A stretch of DNA of 64,000 nt. It comes from Promethearchaeota archaeon. Its GTDB lineage: Archaea > Asgardarchaeota > Lokiarchaeia > Sigyniarchaeales > SOKP01. Positions 49,417 to 59,380 of this stretch are shown here, in pieces. Where the stretch lies: contig JAEOUA010000011.1 in NCBI GenBank assembly GCA_016839555.1, positions 64,001 through 128,000 on the forward strand, given 5' to 3'. The translations under genes were made by a program, and so were the position numbers. Numbering within the stretch: position 1 is the stretch's first letter; each line of letters opens with the position of its first letter. The notes below the pieces were generated by a model. That model was not told the DNA's origin. It made no database searches and saw only the letters and a list, made by a program, of their open reading frames with translations.

Positions 49417-51963
49417 TTACTTTTTAGGAAACGTTTTTATAGCACTTTCTATAATACTTTTACAGAGTTTTACACCAAGCCCCGTCTTATGATGTAAATG
49501 GTAGGGAGTATCTTTTGCTACTTGTTCGGAGGTGTGATAGCCTGCAGTAAACAAAATTCTGCCTCGTACCCGTGCCACGTGTTTTAGTCGTAGAATCAAA
49601 TCGAATAATTCTTCTTTTATCCCATAATGAATGCGAATTCGAAGCGTCTCACACATCTCGGCGATCTTTTCCATATCATTCTGGATATCTCTTCCGGAGG
49701 AACTTAGATGTTCAGCGATAATACCAATAAAGGTGATAATACGCTCTAAATTATCTTTCACCGACATTAAATCGCCCGCCATAATATTATGTCTTTCCAA
49801 AATGTCTTCTAAAGTCACTTCATCTGCCCATTCGATAATGGGCTCCAAAAATTTGCGATTCCTAACCTTCCTTTCTGAGAGAAGAATATCATAAGCTTCC
49901 TGAATGAGATCTTGGTATGATTCTATTAGCCGATTTTCCAATTTACTTCGAATAAGAACACCAGATACAGGATAGAGATAAAGTCGAATAATCAGTTTTC
50001 CAAATTGCGAGCATTTCACTGTAGAATCAGAATTTTTAAGGATCAATCCCTTTTCAAAAAGATAATTGAGGATATACTGACTTTTAATGCATTTCGGAAG
50101 AATATTATTTACGTATTTTTGCACCCGTTTATCGGGGATCTGAAGCAAATACAGCAAGAAAGCGGTAATATGATCGCAAAACTCAAATGCAAACTTATTA
50201 TCCACGAAATTATCGGAAATACCGTTTTTGAATCCGCAAGAACATCGAATCCCTTTTTCAATATTAAAATCACAATAAAAAACCCCATAGCAAGATTTAA
50301 TATAGCCCGCAATTGTTTCTCCGCTGAGCTTAGTAATTTTGATTTGATTATCTTGCTTTCTCATTTTTTTTACTTGGTTTGGATTAGAATGAAGTTTTAG
50401 AATATTTAAGGGATTTATCTCTTCAATTAATAACAGTTGTTCTATTGGAAGGGGATGCTTCATTTTATGCTCAATTATATACCAAAAATAAGTTTTTCTA
50501 AAAAATGATTTCAAAGCCTCCAAAGTAATATTTTTTTCTTCATACACCCTCAGTAATACTTGTTCTTTCAAAGTATTAATGTCATTTAATCCTGATTTTA
50601 AATCTTCATATTTTGGTAGGAGTTTATTAGCAGATACGTCCATATTAAAAAAATGATCTTCAATCCACATCTTTTCTTCTATATTATTAACAAGGATTAT
50701 ACCGTAGCCCACGGTATCTAATCCTGGACGTCCAGCTCTTCCCAACATCTGAAATACCTCATTGGATGAAAAAGGCAAAAAATAAGAAAAGCCATCGCCG
50801 TTTTCGTAAAATCCCTTAAAATTGCTAATATTATATCCTGACGTCACATAGCGTTTAAAGTCTTTTAAAATAACTACGCGAGCAGGGACATTTACCCCAG
50901 CAGCTAATGTAGTGGTACAACATATAACTTTGAGAATTCGCCTTCGATAATTATCTTCCACTAACTTTCTTTCCTTGGGTAATAATCCAGCATGATGAAA
51001 AGCAATCCCATATTCCACTAATTTGCGGAGTTCTTTATTACCTCCTCGAAGATTATCCAATTTCTCCGAGATTTCCTTACAGATAGCTGCTTCATTTTCT
51101 TCTAAGAAATGGTGGGAAATAGATTTAAGCAAAGAGGCAGTTTTTTGAGTAGCTTTTCTAGTTCTTACAAAAATCAACACTTGTCCTTTATTCTCCAATG
51201 TTTTTTTGGTATAGCGCTGTATAGTAGATTTTTTATTCTGCGACACTTCTATCTGAAAATGAAGCGGTACAGGACGTTTATCTGAAGTAATGAGAATTGT
51301 TTTGTTGCCTAAAGAATTTAGCCACGAGTTAAAGAATTTCGGGTTGTTAATGGTCGCCGAAAGACCAATGATTTGCGGGGAATTTAAGATTTCGTTTAAT
51401 CTCACAATCAGAGATTCTAATCGGGGACCTCGGGAATTTTCTCCAATAAAGTGGATCTCATCAATTATAATAGTAGCAATATCGAAAATCCATTCTTTAT
51501 CGTAAAAATTGCGAATAATAGAATCCATTTTTTCATAGGTGGTTACAATTATATCCGCTTTTTCTAATTTAGAATCATCTACATCATAATCTCCAATAGA
51601 TAATTCGATATTTACTCTAAAACGAGAATATAATGTTTTAAAGTGAAAATATTTTTCTGTGGCAAGTGCTTTATAGGGTACCAAATAGATGGATTTGCCA
51701 AACTCTTGAAAAATATTATATATCGCACAGATCTCACCTATCAATGTTTTTCCACTCCCCGAAGGTGCGCAGATGAGAAAGGATTTGCGGAAAAACAGTC
51801 CTTTTTGGATAGCTTCTTTTTGTATTTTCCGCAATTCGAAAATTTTGGATTCTAATAGAACTCGTAAGATTCGATCATCCGGAATGAGCTTAAAGATCTC
51901 TTTTTCTTCAAGATCCTCCAATTGCTTTTCTTGGTCTGAATCAGTATAATCTAAAATAGTCAT
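49417..51963 (-). CDS. Hel308/Ski2-like SF2 helicase with an inserted SWIM zinc finger
   Basis: APSGSGKT, VPYKALA.EK, TYEK, DEIH, RGPRLE, LSAT, HHAGL, TLAAGVNVPA, QMLGRAGRPG; insert CSC...FCDH. Confidence 0.92.
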   Translation of the reverse strand: MTILDYTDSDQEKQLEDLEEKEIFKLIPDDRILRVLLESKIFELRKIQKEAIQKGLFFRKSFLICAPSGSGKTLIGEICAIYNIFQEFGKSIYLVPYKALATEKYFHFKTLYSRFRVNIELSIGDYDVDDSKLEKADIIVTTYEKMDSIIRNFYDKEWIFDIATIIIDEIHFIGENSRGPRLESLIVRLNEILNSPQIIGLSATINNPKFFNSWLNSLGNKTILITSDKRPVPLHFQIEVSQNKKSTIQRYTKKTLENKGQVLIFVRTRKATQKTASLLKSISHHFLEENEAAICKEISEKLDNLRGGNKELRKLVEYGIAFHHAGLLPKERKLVEDNYRRRILKVICCTTTLAAGVNVPARVVILKDFKRYVTSGYNISNFKGFYENGDGFSYFLPFSSNEVFQMLGRAGRPGLDTVGYGIILVNNIEEKMWIEDHFFNMDVSANKLLPKYEDLKSGLNDINTLKEQVLLRVYEEKNITLEALKSFFRKTYFWYIIEHKMKHPLPIEQLLLIEEINPLNILKLHSNPNQVKKMRKQDNQIKITKLSGETIAGYIKSCYGVFYCDFNIEKGIRCSCGFKNGISDNFVDNKFAFEFCDHITAFLLYLLQIPDKRVQKYVNNILPKCIKSQYILNYLFEKGLILKNSDSTVKCSQFGKLIIRLYLYPVSGVLIRSKLENRLIESYQDLIQEAYDILLSERKVRNRKFLEPIIEWADEVTLEDILERHNIMAGDLMSVKDNLERIITFIGIIAEHLSSSGRDIQNDMEKIAEMCETLRIRIHYGIKEELFDLILRLKHVARVRGRILFTAGYHTSEQVAKDTPYHLHHKTGLGVKLCKSIIESAIKTFPKK

Positions 51964-52206
51964 ATAAAAAAAATTTATTAAATAGAATGAATTGAGATGA
52001 AAATCATATTTATTGAGACTATTTAAACAAAAAGAGAAATATTTTTTTTATTGTTGATAATATCTCTCTCTCACGCAATACTTTTTTGAAAATTTAATGC
52101 GAAATTTCATATAAAAAAGGAATAGAATGTTTTAATTTTATCAAGTCGGTTTCATGCATTTTTTAATTTTTCCTTTAAATATAGTCAATTAATTGTAGTA
52201 TTAATT

Positions 52207-53811
52207 ATGAATAATATAATAGATAATATCTCTGATGATGCAAATAAGCAATCATGGGATATCACTTATTTGTTATCGATGGCAGAAAACGCACTCGAAA
52301 GTGGTGATATTGAACACGCTATGAGTTTAGCTCTGGGCGGAATGAAACTAGCAAAAAGCTCTAACGCTCAGTATTATCAAAAAGAATTTAGGGATATTAT
52401 TGGGAAAATTGAAGAGAATGAAGGAAGAAATAATACAAATAATACTAAAACTCCATCATATAATTCCCAAAAATCAAAAAAATTAGAATTGGATGGAGAA
52501 AAAAAAATATCTACTGAGAAGTTAAATCAAATATTGCGACTTAATAAAAATTTAGAGAATAAGGAGACACACGAAAACTTAGAAACGAAAGCTAATAAAG
52601 ATCCTTCTGAGTTCAAATCTTTTTTGAAAAATATGAATAATCCTTTAAAAATCAATTCCAAAAAAAGTCCATCAAATGTCAAAAAAACCATTCATAATAT
52701 GAAAAGCCAAATTTCTAACAAGATCAAAAATTCTTTTCTTGAACAGAAATATTTTTTGATAAATTCACTCCAAAATATTCAAGGGATTGATTTTCTCGCC
52801 CTTAAAACCATAGAAATCACAAAACATAAATTTTTAGTGCTATTAATCCCTATAAAATGGTGCCAAAATACCAGAGAGCATATCATAATCGAAGAGTATA
52901 ATGTCCGATTTGCTCATCATATAAGTGAAAATCAGTCAAAATTAAGCAAAATAATGCATCAAGATTTAATATTATTAAGGCAATCGCAAATCGAGATAAT
53001 AAGAGAAATCGCCGAGCAACAAACTTTATATGATATAATTAAACGATTTCTTAAGGAAAATTTTACAATGGAGACATTTCAGAATAATCAATGTGTCTAT
53101 TTTCATAATGGGCTGAGAGAATATAAAGTAATCACCTCGCCAATATATATTAGTACGCAAAAAATTGGTTTTTTAGAGAAGGTGTTACCTTACCCCTATC
53201 AGCGATCTTCAAATATTCATTTTGCAGAGTTAGATAAATTATCACTCCTTTTATCGTTCATAGAACAGAAATATGCGGCAATCACAGAATATTCTGAGGA
53301 AGAAAATACCATTCAACATCAATCAGAGCAATATAATAATTACTTAGACAGAATCCAAAAATGCTCGATACCATTTATCCCTGTTTCACTGTTATTATTG
53401 ATTTTAAGTATCTTTTTTGCAGGAGATTCTTTTATGATCTTATTAGGCTCAGGAATTTTTTTTCTGGTGCTCTATGGCATTCTTTTTGCCTTTTTTACAA
53501 TCATGTATCTTAAGACTATTTCTAAGATTAAGAATGAGCTGCAGAATTCCACCAACATGAATTCTCGCCCACCTTTACTGGATGAAACAGATTTAGAACT
53601 GATCGCTCAATATTTTCCTGAACAAGAAATGGAACAATTTATTTATGAATGTTTTGGAAAAGATTATGAGTTTGGTACGACTACATTTCATTATAATAAT
53701 AATTATATAACACCAAAAGAAGATCTTGAGAGACCTCAAGAGCGTACAGATAAAGCGGAGAATAACAAAAAGGAAGCCCTATCTAAATATATCCAACTTT
53801 TAGAGGACTAA
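52207..53811 (+). CDS. Hypothetical membrane protein (helical N-terminus, low-complexity linker, 2 TM near the C-terminus)
   Basis: First gene of a tightly packed operon. Confidence 0.75.
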   Translation: MNNIIDNISDDANKQSWDITYLLSMAENALESGDIEHAMSLALGGMKLAKSSNAQYYQKEFRDIIGKIEENEGRNNTNNTKTPSYNSQKSKKLELDGEKKISTEKLNQILRLNKNLENKETHENLETKANKDPSEFKSFLKNMNNPLKINSKKSPSNVKKTIHNMKSQISNKIKNSFLEQKYFLINSLQNIQGIDFLALKTIEITKHKFLVLLIPIKWCQNTREHIIIEEYNVRFAHHISENQSKLSKIMHQDLILLRQSQIEIIREIAEQQTLYDIIKRFLKENFTMETFQNNQCVYFHNGLREYKVITSPIYISTQKIGFLEKVLPYPYQRSSNIHFAELDKLSLLLSFIEQKYAAITEYSEEENTIQHQSEQYNNYLDRIQKCSIPFIPVSLLLLILSIFFAGDSFMILLGSGIFFLVLYGILFAFFTIMYLKTISKIKNELQNSTNMNSRPPLLDETDLELIAQYFPEQEMEQFIYECFGKDYEFGTTTFHYNNNYITPKEDLERPQERTDKAENNKKEALSKYIQLLED

Positions 53812-53829
53812 TTATTGGTGATTTTTGAG

Positions 53830-54558
53830 ATGAAAACAAATTTATTGTTTAAATTGCTCTATTTTATTGGGTGCGGAATTGCGTTTTTAGGGATATTTTT
53901 TGATTTTTATTCCTATGATGTTTTTATTTTAGGTAATATTAAGCTTACTTCGTGGAGTTATAACTTATTTGAGGGATGGAATGTAAATAATACATTTGAA
54001 GCATCCTTTTTTGCTACCTTAAATCCTTTCTTTTTTATAATCATAGTGTTTTTATTATTAAAATACCCTCCTATACTCTCCATTAGTCCATTATTTCACA
54101 TTATTTTTTTGGGTGTAATTATTACCTCTGTATTATGTTTGCTATTTAAAGGATTAGAAGACTCAAAAAATTTATCGGATTTGACATTTTATGCATTTTT
54201 ACATATATTTTTATTGTTGTTAGTAGGGTTTTACACTATAGTATTTCCCATGTTTTATTTAATTCCCCATAACCTTTATTTTCCGTTTACAACCATTAGA
54301 GAGCCATTTTTAGGAATAACATATCATTATTTTTTGGGTATTGGCTATTTTTTAGAATTTATTGCATTTATATTACTTTTTCCTTATGCTGTTTTTTATT
54401 TGCAAACAGTGAGAAACTATGAAATTTCAGATGAAAGCACTCAAATAACTGAGGAATTAATAAATAAAGCAAATATAAGAATCGATATTGATAAATTAAT
54501 CGCAGAAGAGGAGTTCAAGTTTAAATTTAAAACTCATATGGAGGGTAAGCGTAAATGA
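53830..54558 (+). CDS. Hypothetical polytopic membrane protein
   Basis: 4-5 TM helices; ATG after a GGTGA SD; ATGA overlap with the next gene. Confidence 0.75.
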   Translation: MKTNLLFKLLYFIGCGIAFLGIFFDFYSYDVFILGNIKLTSWSYNLFEGWNVNNTFEASFFATLNPFFFIIIVFLLLKYPPILSISPLFHIIFLGVIITSVLCLLFKGLEDSKNLSDLTFYAFLHIFLLLLVGFYTIVFPMFYLIPHNLYFPFTTIREPFLGITYHYFLGIGYFLEFIAFILLFPYAVFYLQTVRNYEISDESTQITEELINKANIRIDIDKLIAEEEFKFKFKTHMEGKRK

Positions 54559-55484
54559 ATGATCAAACCACATACGAAAAATTACACGCTTTAATTACCG
54601 TTTGTAAGCGAACGCAAAATTATAAAAAATTGGCACACACGGGTTATTTTTTGTTAAGCAATCAAGTAAATGAGATAGGTATACGATTAGGATTCCGTGT
54701 GAGAAAGACAGTAACCCAATCAAAATCCTCTAAATTTTTTACAAACAAAGGTTCTTACCAGAAGGAGACAATTTATGATTATTTAAATCAGATTAATAAT
54801 AGTTTCTCAACTAATCTTGATATAGAAATATTTAATGCCGATTTTCTTAAAAATTTGAAAAAGGCAGAGCTTCTATATATAAAATCAAGTGGAAAACTAA
54901 GATTATATCAAATTGCAACCCTTTTTGAGCTTTATTTTAAGTTAAAGGAACTCGAAGTCCCTAATCTTCGTAAAAAAATATCGAGCACTAAGCTACATAA
55001 TGTAGTCCCCTTTTATATGTATTCTTCGTTACTCTCTCCAACTAATTCATATAAAAATAAAGATGACAACCAGAGATTAGGGATAAAAAATTTAATATTT
55101 TTTGAGTTACAGAAAAAAGAGAATGTTCTAAAAGCTGAACTCCAACAGGATTATAATCCTAAATTATTAGAGGATATGTTGATATTGAAACAAATCAAGA
55201 AATCTTTTAAAAAATCTCCTTCCGATAAGATAAAAATAAGAAATTCATTATCAGAAAGTTTTTCTTATCAAAAATCACTGAATTCTCTTTATGGTTATTT
55301 CATTTTTGGGCTCTTTTTCGGTTTTTTTTGTTTAGGAATTAATATAATTGGGCTAATATTAATAAGTCCCTTTTTATTAGGGGCATTAGGCTTTTTTCTC
55401 TTATTGATATTAGGATCGACCATACTTTTCTTTTATATATATTGGACGAATTTCCTAAATAAAAAAGAAGTGATGCCCATTTGA
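54555..55484 (+). CDS. Hypothetical protein with 2 C-terminal TM helices
   Basis: Overlaps both neighbours by 4 nt. Confidence 0.75.
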   Translation: MNDQTTYEKLHALITVCKRTQNYKKLAHTGYFLLSNQVNEIGIRLGFRVRKTVTQSKSSKFFTNKGSYQKETIYDYLNQINNSFSTNLDIEIFNADFLKNLKKAELLYIKSSGKLRLYQIATLFELYFKLKELEVPNLRKKISSTKLHNVVPFYMYSSLLSPTNSYKNKDDNQRLGIKNLIFFELQKKENVLKAELQQDYNPKLLEDMLILKQIKKSFKKSPSDKIKIRNSLSESFSYQKSLNSLYGYFIFGLFFGFFCLGINIIGLILISPFLLGALGFFLLLILGSTILFFYIYWTNFLNKKEVMPI

Positions 55485-58400
55485 AATATGAAAGAAGCAG
55501 TAATAACAATATGAATAAGGAATTCTATAGTAATGAGAGGAAGGAAGAAATATTAAAGGGAAAATCCTCGAGTTATTTAAATATATGGGAGAAAATACCT
55601 TCCTATAAAGATATTAATACCAATATCGGTATTATGAGATTTATTACTCTATTTACTCTAACAGGAATATTAATACTGTTCTCATTTTATGTGATTGGAA
55701 ATATTTTTTTTTCCATTATATTTCCCACTTCTTTAATATCTATTTTTCTGATAGGTTTTCGGGAAAATATTTTTCTTTTTTCGGGACTTGGAAAGTATAA
55801 ATACGGTCAAGTCCACCCGTTTAGAAATTTCCGATTTTGGCAAATAGATGAGCATCAAGATACTTTATATTTAACAAATACACAAGATTTAATTCACACA
55901 GGTATAAGATTATATAAAATATCAGTAATTCCCGAAAATATCCAGCCTAATTTAAATCATTTTATCAAGTCTTTATACATTTCTAAGATCCCGTTTTCCT
56001 ATCAAGTTGTTCAAACACCATTAGTTCAAAATACATCTGAAAGTATGAATATCACGATCCTCTTTGCACTTTCTTATTATGTTAAAGGGATCATAAGCAA
56101 AATAAAAATAACTAAAATTAAAGATGCGTTAGAAATATTTAGTTATACCTTTGAGAGTGCGTGTATTGCAAATCTAGCACATTATAAAATCGAAAGCCTA
56201 TCTGGAGTTGAATTGATTTATGCGTTTAGATCCTTAATAAGTTTAGTTGCAGAAGAACCAAAAAATTTCTCGGATGGAAATAGCTTCATAAGAAAAATAG
56301 ATAACAATTCAGTGCTTAAGCTTATAGTTATGTCGGTCATAATAATTTATATTTTTATATTGATTGGTCTTTCTCCAATAAAATTTTATTGGGCATTAGT
56401 TATAAATGGAGGATTCTTCTGTATATTCTTATCTCTTTTTTGGCGTGAAGCTTTATATGGTATTACTCAATTTAGTTTTCTTAAAAATAATGAATCTTAT
56501 AAAATTATTGAACCCTTCAAAGAAATCTCCTTTTATCGCTTTCGACCCTTTAGAGATATATTATTTATTCATAGTAATAATAAGGTTCTTACTGGAATTC
56601 ATTTTTTTAATGTAAAATTTGCCCTTCCACCACAGTTTTTATCAAAAGATCGTTTTATTGGTCGGATAGAAAAATTTTTTAGAGCAATTGTAAGTAAAAA
56701 GCTTCCTTTTACTTATACTCTGATAACATCACCAATATTTTGGGAAATTTTTGAAAAAGAGGGTTTAAAGCATGTGATCCCTAGTATCGCTATAGAATTG
56801 CGTCAAAGAAAAAAGGAATATGAATGGGAGCAATGGTTAGATATGAGAAGCGGAATCTGGAGGGTGATAGATCTCTATTCCATTCAAGAGCATGTCCTTA
56901 CAACGCACATTAATGAGGATTCGTTATATAAACTTTCAAAAAAATTGAATCAAAGTTCAAATGCATTTTTAAACCTATTTAAAGCCAATATTTCTAATTA
57001 CGAGATTGAACCATTAAATTCAAAATATATCTTTCCAGGGATATATGCTATCTTTTTAAAATCAAAATTTTTCAGGATGAATGGAACTCACTTAAATTAT
57101 TTGTTGTTGCAGGGAAAAACAATAATAAACCTAATGGAACTTTCTTCAGTATTTAAAAAAGGAATAGAGACGAGATTAGCGGCAGAATTTAATACCCCTC
57201 TTAATTTATCCAATTTTATTACCATCGGTAAGACACTTAATACCGAATTTTTGAAAGAAGAGGTTCCAGCGGGATTTACTCTTGATCAAGTGAAGAATCT
57301 ATTAATAACCAATGGCACATTCCGCAATCGAGAAAACTTGTTGCAGAAAATCGTGGTGGAATTGGTTAAGCATAAAACTCCCTCTATAGTTTTTGATTAT
57401 AATGGTACATTTACTAAATTCCTTCCTTATTTCGCGGGGAGCCGATTTGAAGATGATTTGTTGTTTTTTTCTTTAGGGAAAAATTTTCAATTGGATCCTT
57501 TCGATTCAGATATTCCTTATGATAAAGAAAGGGACGCCTATATAGATTATATCGTGGACATCTTGGCAATGGTCTATAAACAAAGAAAACTCATAATGGA
57601 TAGTTTAAGGGAAATCTTAAAGGAAGAGAATTTCTCGTATGCTGAATTCCTATTGGATGTGAAAAATAAAAATATTTGGGAAAAAAATTCGGGCATGGAT
57701 TCGCTTGTTTCGATGCTTAATAAAATTAAAGAAGTACCAAGCGTAATATCCAATAAAACTGAAGAAGATTCTGGAACTGAGAGATGGGCTGAGGATCAAG
57801 TTTATGCATATCAATTCGTGCAGAATGATAAGACTATCATTATAGATCTCTCCATATTTCGGGATTTAGAACCTAAAGTTTTTATGGCGTTTGTTATTAT
57901 TGCAAAGATCATATTTTATATGGCACAATTTCAAGACGAAGTAGATTCTATGTATGAAAAATTGATCATTATTCCTAATGGAGATATTATCTTTGATAAT
58001 TTTTATCTCGATACACAGATCAATTATCGTTACGGTAAAGTGATGAAACTTCTTCAACCACTTCACATTCTCAATCTTGGTGTGGTAATGACTTCCAATC
58101 AAATTCGATATCTTCATCCCAATGTGTTTAACTATTTTGCCAATATTGTTACGTTTAAAGCGACTGATAAGCGAGATATCAACGCCTTGAAAAATCAGAT
58201 GAGTCTGCAAGAATTACATGGCGTAGGATACTATAGTTCATCAAGAAATGATTCCTATCAAATCCAATTTCTTATGAATCTTAAAGAGAATGAAATTATT
58301 GTGAAGCGAGCAGACTTCCTTCAACCATTTCCTGTGATAATAGAACAGGATCAGTTAAATGAATTAATGCCTGTAAGGCAAGAAGAGATAAATGAGTATA

Positions 58401-59374
58401 TGTCGCAGCAAGGATATGATCTTTACGATAAAGAGAGCAGAATTCTTTCCAGTACGCAAAAAACCCTTTTTGAACAACACTTTAAGAATTATATTATATT
58501 TTTGGATGAAATCATTAAATTTTTTAGTATCTTGCAGACATTAGATAATGTAGGTAATTTATATAAAAGCAAAATAAAAGATGAATTACTTAAAATCATT
58601 TATCCAAAAGTACAGAAAAAGTTTGGTAAAGATAAACGACAGATAAAGCTTATCAGAGATAAATTATTCAATATTTTCTTACAACATAGTTATATCATCG
58701 AGAATCACCCCCGAAGAGCAAGTGGATCTCAATCAATCAGACCATCTTATTCGGTGGGGCCTCAGTATCAAGAATCTCTTGATGATTACTTCGAAACGGA
58801 ACAAGAAAGACCGACTAAGATTTCAGTTGAAACTCTTGAACACGAATCAGATAAAAATAGCAATTTTGAAAAAATTCTTGGAATAGAATCAAATGAAAAA
58901 GAAGAAAATTATATAGTAACAAAAAATCATAATCAAAAGGATATTAAAGAAATTTTATTAGATTATTCTTCGAAATTATTGGAAAATCTAATCGATATTT
59001 CGGTATTTATTGATGAAAAGAAATATGAAAAGGCAATTATATTGGAGCGCGCAGTTTTAACTGATTTTTTAGTTAATGTGTATTGTTCATTTTATCCCGA
59101 AGAAAAGAATGAAATGCCGGAATTATTGATAGATAAGGCTACTACATTTTTACTAAAGAATGTACCCCTTTCCATCAGTAGAAAATATGTAGACGATCTC
59201 TTAGAACGATGTAAATTACAAGAAATCAAGGAAGATAATATAGAAGAATATAAACTTGAAATAAACCAGCTTTCAGATTTACTTTTCGAATTCTTCACTA
59301 CTTTCCATAATGATATAAGAAAATTAATAAAGAATAATGAAAAAAATAAAAGGAATTATGAAATGTTATGGTGA
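55481..59374 (+). CDS. Large membrane-anchored HerA/VirB4/FtsK-fold protein with degenerate Walker motifs
   Basis: ITIGK...KNLLITNGTFRNRE...SIVFDYNGTF, TIIIDLS, LIIIPNGD, GVVMTSNQ..YL...V..F..IVTFK...D follow the HerA/VirB4 motif order. Confidence 0.7.
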   Translation: MKYERSSNNNMNKEFYSNERKEEILKGKSSSYLNIWEKIPSYKDINTNIGIMRFITLFTLTGILILFSFYVIGNIFFSIIFPTSLISIFLIGFRENIFLFSGLGKYKYGQVHPFRNFRFWQIDEHQDTLYLTNTQDLIHTGIRLYKISVIPENIQPNLNHFIKSLYISKIPFSYQVVQTPLVQNTSESMNITILFALSYYVKGIISKIKITKIKDALEIFSYTFESACIANLAHYKIESLSGVELIYAFRSLISLVAEEPKNFSDGNSFIRKIDNNSVLKLIVMSVIIIYIFILIGLSPIKFYWALVINGGFFCIFLSLFWREALYGITQFSFLKNNESYKIIEPFKEISFYRFRPFRDILFIHSNNKVLTGIHFFNVKFALPPQFLSKDRFIGRIEKFFRAIVSKKLPFTYTLITSPIFWEIFEKEGLKHVIPSIAIELRQRKKEYEWEQWLDMRSGIWRVIDLYSIQEHVLTTHINEDSLYKLSKKLNQSSNAFLNLFKANISNYEIEPLNSKYIFPGIYAIFLKSKFFRMNGTHLNYLLLQGKTIINLMELSSVFKKGIETRLAAEFNTPLNLSNFITIGKTLNTEFLKEEVPAGFTLDQVKNLLITNGTFRNRENLLQKIVVELVKHKTPSIVFDYNGTFTKFLPYFAGSRFEDDLLFFSLGKNFQLDPFDSDIPYDKERDAYIDYIVDILAMVYKQRKLIMDSLREILKEENFSYAEFLLDVKNKNIWEKNSGMDSLVSMLNKIKEVPSVISNKTEEDSGTERWAEDQVYAYQFVQNDKTIIIDLSIFRDLEPKVFMAFVIIAKIIFYMAQFQDEVDSMYEKLIIIPNGDIIFDNFYLDTQINYRYGKVMKLLQPLHILNLGVVMTSNQIRYLHPNVFNYFANIVTFKATDKRDINALKNQMSLQELHGVGYYSSSRNDSYQIQFLMNLKENEIIVKRADFLQPFPVIIEQDQLNELMPVRQEEINEYMSQQGYDLYDKESRILSSTQKTLFEQHFKNYIIFLDEIIKFFSILQTLDNVGNLYKSKIKDELLKIIYPKVQKKFGKDKRQIKLIRDKLFNIFLQHSYIIENHPRRASGSQSIRPSYSVGPQYQESLDDYFETEQERPTKISVETLEHESDKNSNFEKILGIESNEKEENYIVTKNHNQKDIKEILLDYSSKLLENLIDISVFIDEKKYEKAIILERAVLTDFLVNVYCSFYPEEKNEMPELLIDKATTFLLKNVPLSISRKYVDDLLERCKLQEIKEDNIEEYKLEINQLSDLLFEFFTTFHNDIRKLIKNNEKNKRNYEMLW

Positions 59375-59380
59375 TTTATC

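Larger units (their letters stand above)
20394..52182. promoter_or_regulatory. Dispersed shared promoter element, T5-6-C/CC/G/A-TTTAAATA (or -TTTATATA), at about 19 sites
   Basis: Plus strand: 20394, 23426, 24801, 27699, 33131, 41948, 45800, 52167. Minus strand: 23383-96, 27616-31, 31346-60, 32797-811, 33088-102, 36543-57, 38179-93, ~40173-90, 48727-43, 49033-48, 52020-34. Each is correctly oriented about 20-65 nt upstream of a start codon. Confidence 0.7.
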
